From positions 1 to 49,152 of the forward strand of contig JABANN010000233.1 in NCBI GenBank assembly GCA_013115125.1: a stretch of DNA of 49,152 bases, read 5' to 3'. This stretch comes from Perkinsus olseni. Its lineage: Eukaryota. Positions 1 to 13,903 of this stretch are shown here, in pieces. The translations under genes were made by a program, and so were the position numbers. The first letter of the stretch is position 1. Every line of letters starts with the position of its first letter. The notes under the pieces are model-generated. The model worked only from the letters and a program-made list of their open reading frames with translations, did no database searches and was not told the DNA's origin.

Positions 1-72
<72 letters not shown>
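1..72. repeat. (GTA)n microsatellite
   Basis: Perfect GTA tandem repeat at the window start, downstream of the GT2 stop codon. Confidence 0.95.
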
Positions 73-160
73 CAACTACTACTACTACCACCAAGCTTAT
101 GTACACTCATGTAGATGCAATCCTTGTGGTACATGAACAACAACAACAACATCATCATCA

Positions 161-166
161 TCATCC

Positions 167-222
<56 letters not shown>

Positions 223-3200
223 GCTGATCATCACCAGTCCATACAGTAAACCAATCAACATCAGGGGAGGGTGGGCATGGTGGTATATCCCTAATCTCAT
301 CTTCACGTACTCTTATCTTGATACCCTTCCTGTCCTTAGAATACGTGAAGATATTCTGACATAATGCACCCATTCTAAAGAATAACGCTGATAGTCTGTA
401 CCAAGGGAACAGCACTATAGTCAACGGGGATGAGCGTAGATCCCTACGGTCACGTAGGACTATATACTCAAATAGGAGTACCATAACATACAACAATAAG
501 GTGAATACTGCTGCCATGAGTACTAGTGATACCCAATCACGTACTAATAGCCCAGCCAATAGGAATACTCGTAGCCAATCAAGAATAATTGTCAATAACT
601 CTTGTATGAAGTATGGTTTAAGAACCCAACTAGGGCCATGACACCAACTCCTAGGGTTAATAATCTCCCATATGTAGGTGAAGGTCTTCTTATGTGAAGT
701 CACATCCCATGACTTAACACGCTGTCTGAATAGCATACCCCAGTTATCGGGAGCATAGGTTGGTACAACATTAGCGGCGCATGAGTAAATCCGAGAACTG
801 TCTCTTCTCCTCAATAAGGACAAGCCCATATACATATCCTCACCATTGAATACTGTATCATGCTCATAGAATATCTCATCAAGAGTTTGTCTATCCCATA
901 ATGCCACAGCACCATGACAACTTAGTGAACTACTTAAAGTAGCCTGGAAGAGTTTATGAAGGCCGGCAAGCTTGTATTCAATATCTTGGCATTGTACAAG
1001 CTGATTCATACTACCATCAGGTGTTGCTGCAGTGATGGGGAAGTGAACTGCCTTGATGTTAGGATTCTGATCCAACATCTGATAAGGTATATGCAGGTCC
1101 GGTGGTAGGGGCACATCATCATCAATGATAACAGCATACCTGATGACGATCATCATCATTCAGAGATGGGTACAGCAGCGGCGGAAGTATTACCGGAAAT
1201 CAGCTACACGGCCTTGGCGAGCAAGATAAGGTATCCAATATTTATTACACCAATAGAAGGCAAAAGTCTTATTACCCTCTGGGACATAAAGATAATTAAT
1301 ATCAGGATGTACCTGATGACTAGGTTGTTGTTATTATGATGATGATGCACGTCTGACCTGTTGTGCAGCCCATTGTGTATCATCGAATGGTGTATACGTC
1401 CTACCATTATCACATACAAATATATGACTTGGAGGGAACACTTGCAAGGCTGATCGTAATGTACCAGTAAAGGTCTCATACCTATCGCGGATGATAATAA
1501 TAACAACGGAAAAGCATTAGTACCATAACTACCTCTCCTCAGTCATAACTGATTGATGGCATGCTATCATTAAACATACATCCTGTGTCATGGTCTGATC
1601 CATAATGAACTTAGCTGAGCCAGTATCAACACTCGATATGCCATCATCATCATCGGACTCATAACCATCATAGCTGTATGATGGTGATAAGGGAGAATAT
1701 ACCTGAGCATCCTCAGGGCGTGTTGGACGGTGGTAAGCATCATCGTTATCATCATGTACCTGAATGATGGAGCACTAATAGCAGCAGCAGCAGTGGACCT
1801 GGTGGGTGGTCACATTGTTATTACCGTTAATTTGTGTAAGGAATCCTTCACCCGCTCAGCATAGACGGGTTTAGTTGGCCATTTAACAACAAATACCGCA
1901 CATAGGAATAGACAGAAGTCCAAGAGTACATCAATAAATATGATCCATTCGAGGAATGATGTTGCATTCCATATCTCAATAACTGCCACTAATGCATCAG
2001 TATAGCTCTGATGTACGGTCTTCTGGTGTGGAGAGAAGTATATTATAAACCATTGAGAGAAGGTAATGAGGAGGTAGAAGAACGCATCAAGGGTTATTGT
2101 ACCTGATAATGATCATCATGATGATGGGCATACATACTACTAAGTGGTGAGTGAGAGTATATATAACTTACGTGTCCATGCCCGGGAATTGAACCTGTGC
2201 TTCTTGGATGAACTTAACTCTTTGTATTGAGATAGGCTACGTAACCATGCTGCACTCTGGAACCTCTTACGAGGGTCACGTGAATAATACCGACTCTTCA
2301 TACCATTACTCTCTACCAAGGGTGGAGGGTCCCCCGATGTTGATGATACTATACCACCACCACCACCACCTTCTTCTTCTTCTTCTTGTTGGTTTAGTAG
2401 TAGTAGCTGCTCGCTATATACTGAGTTATCAACTGTACTAACTATACCACTCATACCACACGAATAGTAATAATTCCTCTGTGCATCATCAGACCATCTT
2501 GTCATAACCTGCTGACGTAATAATCGCCTCTTAGATGGTAGTTCAACTTCCATCCTTGCTAAGCCCTCAGCTTGTTCTTCCTTCAAACCCTTGTCAACTC
2601 GTCGCAGAGTAAATTCTGCACATATCCAGAAGAGTACTATAAAGCAGTCGGCGAAGATAAGCCCTCTGATAGCAATGATATCACCAGGTGTGAAATCGAA
2701 TGTATAACCACAATATTGATTAAGTTGTAGTTTATAACAATCAGTACGTTGAGACCAAGCACCACCAGCTAACCATATGTCACACTTCTCATTCTGCATC
2801 ATAACCGTTTCATCTTTATCAATAGTAGTAGGATCCGGACACAACTGATTTGTATCAGAAGTACGACATGTGTAGCTACAGGGGATAGTGGTATAACAAT
2901 GAATATAATCCTTATCCTCATGTGGTAGTATACACCTTTCTAAAGCATCCTCTGGTTTAGTTCCATAAGCCACAGTCATGTTATCATGCTGTAGTTTCCA
3001 TGCTGAATCATAATTATAGGCGATGTCCAAGCGACAAGTAGGAGTATTAACATCGAGCATAGCCTTCTCTCCAATAACATTGAATGTATCTTCTAATGGT
3101 GGACAGGTATATAGGGGTGTCTTAATACCATCCCGCAGGGTACTATCATATAACCAATTTATACCATGTGTACGCCTGAGTACAACAATAACAACAAGAA

Positions 3201-3495
3201 CGATGATGAACAGGAGGAGGAGGAAGAGGAGGCATGATGTAGTATTACCACGTCGCAGCTATAAATGTACTAGAAAATAACACAATAGCTAGTATGAGAA
3301 CACGACCTAAGATTGGTAAGATAGGACCCCCTGAGGAAACCTGAGGATGATGATGATCATTATGCAATACCACCACTAATATACTTATATAACCGTCGGT
3401 AATACCTTAGGCGGCGGCGGTACAAGTCGTCGTGGTGATGGAGCCTCAACCCTGACAGCATCAGTAGCAGTGGTGGATGTGTTCATACCAGTCAT
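161..3495 (-). CDS. Multi-exon membrane GT2 processive glycosyltransferase (cellulose/chitin/hyaluronan synthase-like fold) with N-terminal Cys-rich domain
   Basis: Spliced exons give HIFVCDNG, YVPEGNK, AVIIDDDV, GAVALW, GEDMYMG and LFRQRVKSW (D,D,D,QxxRW-like), followed by several TM helices (ORF 161..1159). The upstream exon 2140..3175 has a Cys-rich segment and a TM helix. Candidate ATG at 3495 (MTGMNTS...); the 5' end is uncertain. Confidence 0.75.
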
Positions 3496-3803
3496 GTACA
3501 AATAAATAAGTCACCACCGTCTTGTTGTTGTTGTTGATAGTAATAACAGTGAAATTAGGTTAACAACTAAGAGCGGTAATATCCTAATACCAGACAAGCA
3601 ACCTATCCTAGCATAAGAGGTAAAGACGAGGACAGCTTCATGACGCAGACGATGATGAGACAACAGAAAAGACGGAGCGAAGCGATTCATGATTGACATT
3701 TTCATAAAACGCAACTTCCATTTCTTGTTAGATTTTGTCATGTTGCGTGAGAGGCTTTGCATTGATGTAGTCGTAGTGCCTGTAGTATCTGAGGTAATGA
3801 TAC

Positions 3804-5757
3804 TTATCGCAAAGAACACCGTCTACTATGAACAATTCTCGAATGACCCAAGCTGGATACAGCAACAACGACAACAACACAGGTACTCTCGGGAGCATCA
3901 CAAGCCAGAGAAGAGGGTTTAGTAAATATTATTATTATCAGTACTACCCATATCAATGGTATATTAGGATATACTGTTGTTGATGAATAGCATACAGGAC
4001 AGGGGAGGGAAACCGATGCGGCTGCTGTTGCTTCGTGCTGTTGTTGTTGTTGTAATATACATTTACTACATAGTGTATGACCACAAGTGGTATAGGTACG
4101 TAGACCATCATCCAATACGCCATCACATAACATACAGGTAAAGGCACGTGTTAATATAATACCACATTTTCGTATATCATCAATATAGTCATCGTTAATT
4201 GTGGTAGAATCACTAGGAGTTTGAGTGTACTTGCTACTCTTCTTCTTGTCATCATCATTATCATCACAACATACTATCATACAACACTGATTGCCTTTAT
4301 TCCACGTTCTACTAGGCTTCTTCTTCTGTTGGGCTGCTGTTGTTGATGTTGGTATAGTTTGCACAGCAACAGTTGTGGTACATGGTGTAACAATAACATT
4401 GCGGAAGTCATAATGACAAGAAGTGGTTGCATCACGAGGACTCATCACTGCATTATGGGACGAAGACTCTTCCTGCTGTAGTTGCTGCTGCTGTAGTTGT
4501 TGCTGCTGCTGCTGTTGCTGCTGCTGCTGTTGTGCCTCTGCTGCTGTGCCTTGCAGTTGTGCTGATAGGTCATCAATCGTACTGCGGGCATCATGTAGTT
4601 GCTGTGTTAATGTTGTTATAAGAACCTAACATGGATAATGCCTCCTCACTCTGACCAGCCTATCATCACTTCCTTATCATTCCTCCTTCTCTCAACAGCC
4701 TCCCTCTCCTCCCTCAATTCCCTATCATGTATCGTTCGTATCGTGTCAAGCTGTCTAGCCGCTTCATGTTGTACATCACCTATCCTTACCTTCGCCTCCT
4801 GTAGTTCGCCCTCCAGTGTTGCCATCCTCATCTGAGCAACGGTGAAGATGATTATCAAGTAGCCGGCATGAACATGCTTCTTCTTCCTCTGCATTATCAT
4901 CATTATGCATTACCTCCATTTCCTGCTTCACACTATTATGACATTCTCGCTCTTTCATCAGTCTCTCCTCGGTATCATTAATCACATTACTAATCTCATT
5001 ATCCTTCCTACGTAACCCTTCATTCAGTTCAGCAATTCTCTCTTTCAAGGTGGTATTATCGTTCTCCTAACATCATGTACCACTCCAGATGAATCATGAG
5101 CATCATCAGCATCATCATCAAGCCTCTCACAACATCTTTCAACTTCCTTGACAGCTGTCTCCTCATGTTATCCCTACCTTCTACTTTTCCTTTACATTCC
5201 CTCACACCATCTCTCAGTACCTGTTCCCGACTACTGTCATCATCATCATCATCATCATCACTAAGAGTGTTATATTGATCACTTTTATTTGTGCCTTTTG
5301 GGCATCCAAGGTAGCCCTATCCTGTCTAGCCTTATTCTTAGCATCATTACATCTTTGTTCTAGTTCTCGGCATCTCGCTATTGTACCCTAGTATGATGAT
5401 GATGTTGTATGTTGTCCTACTGCCATTATTACCTGTAGTTGTGCATCGAGCTGCCAATTGTGTAATTCATAATTTCGTATCTTCTTCCGCAGTACAACAT
5501 AACAACGACTCCCCTCTCTTCCTTCGTCATCCTCATCCTCATCATCCACATGACATCCTCCTTCTTTGCAATGCTCCTGTATAGTAGTATTATCATTGTT
5601 ATCGGTAGCCACAGCATCATATTGCATCCTCCTTCTACCCTCCCTACTATCCTACATAGCAATACCATGCCCATCCTTCTCGTATCATCATCATCATTAT
5701 TCTACTACTGCCTCACTGGTATACGGTCTATTGCCCTTCCCCCGCTTCTTCTTCTTC

Positions 5758-5814
<57 letters not shown>

Positions 5815-5919
5815 GCCGCCATGCTCCTCTCCCTCAAGGCTCTTATCTCTAAATAATCCTGTTCATGCCTGATGATCATACCCAGTACTACTGTAGTGAT
5901 GATGATAATGATGATGATA

Positions 5920-5950
<31 letters not shown>

Positions 5951-6479
5951 CTATTACCTTATCCTATGGAGATGGCATTGATTAGCAAGTAGTTTGAGTT
6001 TAGACTCCATACCAGCTACTACATGTACTACATGCTCTGGTATGGTTGAATAATCCAATCTATCTAGTACTGCCTTAATCTGGTAATCATCATCAACATC
6101 ATCAGATAGAAGATCTTCCATCGAGGGTGGTGTTCCTTGCTCCGCCTCCTCACTGCTACTCTTTGATGACATTGTTGAGTGCATGACCCCTGTACTTGTG
6201 TCCACTTCTAGGCTTCTCTCCATCTTCTCATCATGCTGCATCTGCATCCTATGCTATAGTATACCGAGATGATGTTGATAACCAGGCTGACCATCTCACC
6301 ATGTAGTCGAGTCCTGGACGGCAGACAGATGCTTCTGACGATGGGATAGTATTCTTGAGTTGTTAGATATACTACAACTTCGTCATCATCATTATGGATA
6401 CTCAATAAACACTACAAGAGATAGACAAATCATTCAGGAAGTATCGCACATTCGAACGTGGTGATAATGTCACATCCAT
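3804..6479 (-). CDS. Multi-exon coiled-coil protein with C-terminal C3HC4 RING finger (putative E3 ligase)
   Basis: RING CMLC-x13-CGHTLCSKC-x19-CPVC in ORF 3804..4448, in frame with upstream poly-Q and heptad-rich exons (4646-5400). Both ends are approximate. Confidence 0.6.
5758..5950. repeat. (GTT)n and (GAT)n microsatellites
   Basis: GTT run ~5758-5812 and GAT-rich run ~5898-5950. Confidence 0.9.
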
Positions 6480-7731
6480 GGCTCGTCGACCTCGTCTTGT
6501 GCACCACCACCAGCAGCAGCAGTTGTTGTTGTGGTAGGATGATCATGTATAACAGTAATCACTGCATCCATGTCTATAACAAGTATGATATGGGAAGAAT
6601 CCTTGATGACTATATTGGCATAATGTATAATAATAACAGGTCGTCTTGTAGTAGTAGTAGTAGTAGTAGTGTGTTCCCTAATCCTAGTTGGTAGTATAGC
6701 GGGCATCTCCCCGGTGGGGTCAGATACTCTATCATCTCCTTCAACTACCAGTACCATCGTCTTATCTATATGTACCACCTCGTTGTTTCTGGCGATAGCA
6801 CTATTATCATGTTCATTGACATTGGAGTGGTAGTAGTAGTGTTGCTGTAATATATCCATCAATAACTGTGATATATGTACAACATATCCAAGGTCATTAT
6901 CAACACTTGTAAGGATGCCATCCAACTCATCTAGTGCACGATTCCAGTTGGAAGGAGGAGTCCATACATCATCATCATCGTATTGGCGTTGTGAGGAGGA
7001 GGAGGAGGAGAGAGGGGCATCTCTCTCCATCTCTGTAACATCACTGGCCACATCATCATTTTCCTGCGACGGCGGCGGCCATTGGGTGTTCTGAGTGTGG
7101 AATATGATCTCGAGTGAGGAGGCGAAGGGACGGGTCCGTGGCCGTGCCGGACGGGTAAGGCCATCATCACCATGCCCCAGTAATGATGATGTTAGGCCGT
7201 CCTCATGATGATGATGATTATCATTGGATGAGGATGGTATAACGGTATTGTCATCAGGTGTGACTAGGTGGGGAGCGTCGTCTAGAAGAAGTCCCTGCTG
7301 CTCCTGCTGTTGCTCCTGCGGTCGATAGTAATCATCATCATCATCGTTGAATATACGATCGATGGCCCGGGAAAGCATACTGTGGAGCATACTATGATGG
7401 TGCATGATGATATTAATGATAACAACAACCAATACAGGTTCGACATCAGTGATGCTGGAAACGAGTTCTACGGTGCATGCTGGTTCTCATCATCATTGCC
7501 TCTATTAGTGTTGAGATTCATTTCGTGATGTTGTTGTTGTTCTGCCCGCTCTCCCTTCTACGCCATGTAATTGTGAATAGCTCCCCATTGGGTAATGCCT
7601 TATACCAGCTTATAGTTGACAGACTTGGTGGTTGATGTCGATTCAAACATACGTGATCATGGAGAGGTGGCTGGGTGGTGGCTATAGGCTCACTTCTCCA
7701 TTCACCCATAGTTAATATCATCATCAGCCTC

Positions 7732-7794
<63 letters not shown>

Positions 7795-9220
7795 CGTCTT
7801 ACTTCTTCCTTCAGTAATGTGGCCCTTATCTCCCTACCCAGGATAGTCATTGTAACCATACCATCTTCTTTAACCTATTATACTCTATATTGCCTCTCAC
7901 TTGCCTCCTACTCCTCCTACTTCTATATTATTAGCGTATTGACTCCTCCATTTACCAACAATAGAGAAGTCAGCACCAACAGCAGCAGGAGTTGTTGGGT
8001 TTGTGGTACTGTGTACCTCCTCCTCCTCCTCCTCGTCCCTCGTAGGGTCGGGAGATGGATCTAGGGGCTGCAACCCATGTGTAGTAGGTGTAACGGACGT
8101 GTCTGATAATGAGCCACACCGTATAATGATGATGATGATGATGATGATGATGATGCTCGAGCGTATCATCATGATGATCATGTACTGTGTTCTGTTCCCC
8201 GTTGGAAGTTGTCATCCGTGCAAGTCTTGAGTAATGCTGCTCCTACTGCTGTTGTTGTTGATAACATCATCGACTCTTTCTGTTGCTGTTCTTCTACTAC
8301 TGCTGTTGCTGTTGCTCGTGTTGATAATGTTCTCGTGTTGTAGACCTGGTCACTCGGCCACTATTACCTCACTACTCCCTACTCTTACCTTCTCTCCAAT
8401 CGAACCGTCGTCATCTTGATGATGATCATCATCGATGTCGTCGTATAAGGGAGTCACATCGTAATGAGGGTCCAAAGCAGGAAGTGCAGTAACAGCTCTG
8501 ACCATCATGATTCAGCTATGGTATGATGATCGGCATCATCATCATCAGTAGTAGTACTGTTGAAGTGCAGTAGCACGGTCCTCCAAGCGTTGCTTTAGAC
8601 ATGCTCGAGTTGTTGTTGTTGATAGTAGTAATAGTATCTCATTATCCCTGTATCACCACCTAGTAGGAGCATCACGGGACAACATGATACCGTACCTTCC
8701 CTGTTCCCCGTCCCCATGATCAGCATTCACCTGATAAGGTTACACCTCAGTGATTATGATGTCCTTCTGCCTCCTCATACTGGTAGTGATGATGTATGTT
8801 GAAGGTAAGCCTCGAGCAATGGTCCTTTATACTCATGGATGATATACTTCAATCGTCTCAATCCTGTGATACATCTAATAATAATAATATTCACAACTAC
8901 TTCGTTATTGCCTCCACCAATGCTGCTATTACTACTACTTCTCCCGTTTTCCTTTCAAAGTATCAAACTCCGCTCTGCCATCATGCATCTTACGTTCTAT
9001 ATTGCTCATCTGATCTCGCAGTCGTGCCCTATCCTCTCTGTAACCTGGTCACCCATCCGCACACGACTCTCCATCATACTCCTACCAGAGTGGCGGGGCC
9101 CTCTGTGTAGTTTAACCTGTTCCAAGGTTGTCCCTAGTTGTTGATGTCGATTGCGTAGTGCTGCCATCGCTCGCACACACTAACATGTAGAAGCAGACGG
9201 TAGGGAGTAGGGACACCTGG

Positions 9221-9272
<52 letters not shown>

Positions 9273-10392
9273 CTTAGCCATTTCACATTCAATAGTCATC
9301 TTATTAACTTCCAACTCTGCTTCTTGACATGCATGATGGAGGTAGGCCATACACCATGATGCTGGAGGTGATGATGTACCAACAACCTATACCTCATACG
9401 AACATCTTGCCGTGTTCCCCCTCAGCAGCCGTACTTCAGAACGAGGAGCCTCTTTCCCATGAGGATAATAATATATCGGTGATAATACTCCTGGACCACC
9501 AGCGTGATGATGATGCAGTAGTCCACGCCTCCATAAGATTCTCCCTTCTTCTTTCCTTCTTCCTGTTGTTGTTATTGCTGTTGGCTTTATTCTTGAGTTC
9601 ATGGTATGCTGCTGCATCCATTCTATACTCTGAGCATAAGTAATATCTCTATCACCAGTGCTATCACCTACACTGGGTGATATGATGTTAGTATCATGAT
9701 TGTGCTGCTGGTATGCATAATATGTCGTTATTGATGTTGTTGTCAATGATACACTGTCATTGTGTGTGCATGTCCAATACCCATTGCCATCTTGCTTCAG
9801 CCTCTCTACCGAGAACGACGAGCCTGTTACGCATACACCACCTAATGATGATAATAGCAGAACCATGGCGCCACCATAACGCCATACCATATATTGCATG
9901 GTAGTGGGGGCAGTAGCCCCCTCCACCTCCTCCTCCTCCTCCTGGTACACCTCTCCTCCATCCAGTCCTGGTATCATGATTACCGTCATCCGTCAGCCAG
10001 AAGCCTTGTAGTTCTCCAACGAGGGATCGCCGAGGCTTCCTAGTCACTACTGAGCACCACTACCCATCTACTGGTACGGCGATGGGTATGGTATGTTCTA
10101 CTAAAACGTTGTGTGATGTTAGCCTCTTCGACGAGATCATTTACATAATGCTCATCGGGTAGTGTATTATCCTGAGACTAATATGGATGATGCAGTAGTG
10201 AATAGTATTGGCCATTACCCCAACTCCACCACCGCCGCCGTCGACAGGCGACGTTGGTAGTATTATGCCCAGCTTATCCAACTTCACCCACCTCTCTGTC
10301 CTCTTGTTGCTGGTGCTTGCTAGTACATGATGATGATAATAACCTATACACCATAGTACAGCACTTAGTATTACTGGATGATGAACTGCCGG

Positions 10393-10460
<68 letters not shown>

Positions 10461-10804
10461 AAGGATGATGCGGTATGATGATGGTGATCATACTGCCATT
10501 GTATTATCTATTCATCATTACACGTCGTTGTTGATGTTGAGTAATGTTTCTGTACTACTGTCGTGTCATCTTTATGTTCAAGTTGTCCCCTCGCTACATA
10601 TACCATCCTATCATCATCACACGGCAACGACGAAGGGATACCCTCCTCCTTCTCCGCGGCCATCATCAGTGTGATGGGGCCATCGTATTCATCACTTAAG
10701 CTGATTATCCTCACTTCCCCTCTCACTATAGTATTGCCTGAAGTGATAACATTCATAACGAGGCATGCTTAAGGGTGATGATACCAACCTATCACAATAG
10801 CTGC

Positions 10805-10868
<64 letters not shown>

Positions 10869-11079
10869 GCTGGTTGTGGTCGTTGAGGCGTAGCGGATGA
10901 TGATGCAGCTTGATGATGGTGAATGGTCCATACCCCTTGGAAGGCTGATACATTCCTTATACCCACCTACACATAATCACTACAGGGCTACCAATGGCTT
11001 CCATCACCATTCCACTAGAGGATGATGTTGTATCAGGGTCCGTAGCCACCTCATGGTCAGTCAAACCGAAGCGGCCCAG

Positions 11080-11117
<38 letters not shown>

Positions 11118-12677
11118 TCATCGGTGCTGCTGTCCAGGATTCCCTCGACAGCAGCAGCTCCTGACGGCTGGGAGATAGTTCTATCAGCAGCAGGAACAGC
11201 AGGAGCAGCAGCATGGTAGGGTGTACCTTGTGTAGTTTCTGCCTCCTATCATGGATCTGTTCTTTTAACAAGGCGAGCTTCCATTGCTGCTGTTGTTGAT
11301 GCATGATATTTTCAGACTCATTATTATTATTATTATATATCCCAGTCGTGGTATTATCATCCTGTCTTCGTCTGTCGTCATTATTCTTTCGCACTCCTTC
11401 TCCTTCCCCTTGTTGTTGCCCTATCCTATCTTGCAGGAACCTTATGGCATATACTCCATAGCTAGCTTCGAATAGTGCCCCGAGTATCCTATTCTGAGGA
11501 GGTAATAGTAGTACATCATCGTCTATTAGTATTGTTGTTGCCTTCTCCTTTTCCTTAATATACATAGCTTCTCCCTTCAATAGAGTATCCTTCCATCCTT
11601 CTACTGGTAGCACCTGGAGGGGCGTTGACATGATATCATTCGTACCAGCATAAGATGATACCCAGCGCTCCTCTCTTGTCAATACCGAGCTCAGGATGTC
11701 ATCCATCACTGCTGCTGTTGCTTCCGGCGACTTGTGGCTCTCTCGTTGTACTACCTGCTGGTCCACATGATGAGCCCTGATCTGTGGGCGATCTTTGGGC
11801 ACCACCCACTTTCGTGAAGCCCAACCTACGGACAATAGCTTGGCTTGGTATGTTATTAGACATGATATCAGCCTGTAGATGAGTGATAATAGTGGCGTGT
11901 GGTGAAGTAGGAGTGGTGAAGAAGAAGCCATCATCAAGAGCAAAGAAGATGAGCCTTCTGAAAGCCTTGGCCACGATACCACGCCCTTGGAAATTCTGAT
12001 GATGGCGGCGGCGGTGATGGTGGTGATGGTGTTATACTAGTGTGAGTAGTACATGGCCTATCCAATAAGCAATGTTAAGAGTCTTCAATTGGCTCCTTCC
12101 ATGGTTAGGTAAAGGAGGAGGAGGGCATGATGTATGATTGTGTCCCTGATATGGTGATAGCTTATTGAGTAGTGATGCTACTACTACCAGCATCTTGTCG
12201 CTCGATCGTATCTCCATTCTGATCTGACCACATAACTGCCCTTCATAGAAAATACCAGGGTATACACCTGTGTATAGTAGTAGTGAACATAATGGACATA
12301 ATGGTATTAGTACCACTACCTTTACGCATGATGGTGGAGGTATATGCATTAGATATACTAGAGAGGGCATCATCTAGTGTCGTAGTACCCGCGTCTATTG
12401 TTACATATTGCCCTACTCTCTTCCCTCTATTCCTGATGTATCACAGTGGGAGTATATCAGTAGGCATCATCCCTCACTCTGATATTAGTCTATAAAGATC
12501 GACGGCATGCTTTGACTCTGATAATAGTAATAGACTTATACCATCACCAACCTGCAAGTACCACAACATCACCAACTCACTGTCCTCACCACATCATACC
12601 ATCAATGGAGTATCGATCAATGGTCCACGTGGAGTAGCCCTGCTGCTACTGCTGGCGGTAGTGCCATCGTTCAACAT
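6480..12677 (-). CDS. One or more multi-exon hypothetical proteins, low complexity
   Basis: Long minus-strand ORFs (6470..7432, 9387..9989, 10957..11982, 12032..12373) with GT-AG intron-like interruptions. No domain recognised, and the number of genes is unresolved. Confidence 0.35.
7733..7793. repeat. (CAT)n microsatellite
   Basis: Perfect tandem repeat; reads as poly-D on the minus strand. Confidence 0.9.
10392..10869. repeat. Two (GTT)n microsatellites
   Basis: Runs at ~10392-10460 and ~10805-10869. Confidence 0.9.
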
Positions 12678-12938
12678 GATAATATAGGTATTCCCTAAAG
12701 GGGTTCATCTCCTAACGGACCCCGAACATCGTCATATCATCATAGAGGGGAGTATATTCAAGTGATTCGCACCACCACCACCACCACCACCACCACCATG
12801 CGCAAGAGCATCATCATCATCACCGACAGCTCTGATGAGTACATCTAATAAGAGTTCATCAATAGGTGCTCGTCAAGGGCTACAGTGAATTTACTACGCA
12901 ACCCATCGATAGTGATAACGTGATAGAAACGAGAATCG

Positions 12939-13282
12939 CTATAACACAGTAGCTGGATGATGGCCATTATTATCGGAAGGTGTGGTAGGGGATTCTCTAT
13001 CACTCCGTCTATGACGCTTCTCCGGTGGTAAATTAGGATTACCCCGTTGATAACAAGTACGTAATAGCTCCACAGCCTCATCAGCGAGTAGCCCACCCTA
13101 AGATACGGTGGGAGGTGGTTATAGTAGTAGTAGTTGTTGTACTTACTTCAACTCGATAAGGACCATCCCCTCCCAGCGCCCTACTACTAGGTTTATCATT
13201 GATTCTATATACTGAACCAGTACCACCAAAACGATCATTACCACAACCTGATAGGAGTCCTTGAGAGGCTGGTGTAATGATC

Positions 13283-13341
<59 letters not shown>

Positions 13342-13812
13342 AGACAACTCTACCAATGCCCAGTATATGTAGGGCTGCAGCACACATGACACATGGTTCC
13401 ACTGTTACATACAGTGTAGCCCCACGGAGACATGATGAACATGACTCATCCTTAGCGAATATCCTGAGGTTAACATTGATACATAGATGTAGTATAGTAT
13501 CTTACTTGTCAGTTGCAACAAGCTCTGCATGTCGTGTAGCATTCCTGGTATGGTTGGTTTCATTAGCGGCAGTAGCGAGGACCTCAGATCCGTCCTTCGA
13601 TACGAACGCACATCCAACAGGTACCTCATCTTAAAACAAGGAGGAACGACAGATGATATGTATTAGGTATGTGTATTGTGGTTATTACCATTATCATAGG
13701 CATGTTGGGCTGCGGATATCGCTATTCTCATGAACTTCTCATCATCAATAGTATAGTGATGACCCATTGCCACAACCCCTTTATCGTCCACTTGCTGCTG
13801 CTGTTGATCCAT
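12939..13812 (-). CDS. TAD2: tRNA-specific adenosine-34 deaminase catalytic subunit (TAD2/ADAT2)
   Basis: Five exons splice to MDQQ...[25 protein letters not shown]...[17 protein letters not shown]...[15 protein letters not shown]...[16 protein letters not shown]...[12 protein letters not shown]. The HAE and PCxxC zinc deaminase motifs are intact. The ORF track shows it only in fragments. Confidence 0.9.
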
Positions 13813-13903
13813 GTTGCAACAACAAACCCCCTGATTGAATGATAATACTCGTCAACACCAGACCGTACTGATTAAGAAAGTATTCGATAGTAGTAACATA
13901 ACA

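Noticed and set aside
1-72. Terminal repeat as a possible telomere
   Set aside because: It is a GTA triplet like many internal microsatellites, not a TTAGGG/TTTAGGG-type repeat.
11039-11062. Partial similarity to the Perkinsus/dinoflagellate spliced leader (CCGTAGCCA...)
   Set aside because: Only 9 nt match, and it lies antisense within a long ORF; expected by chance.
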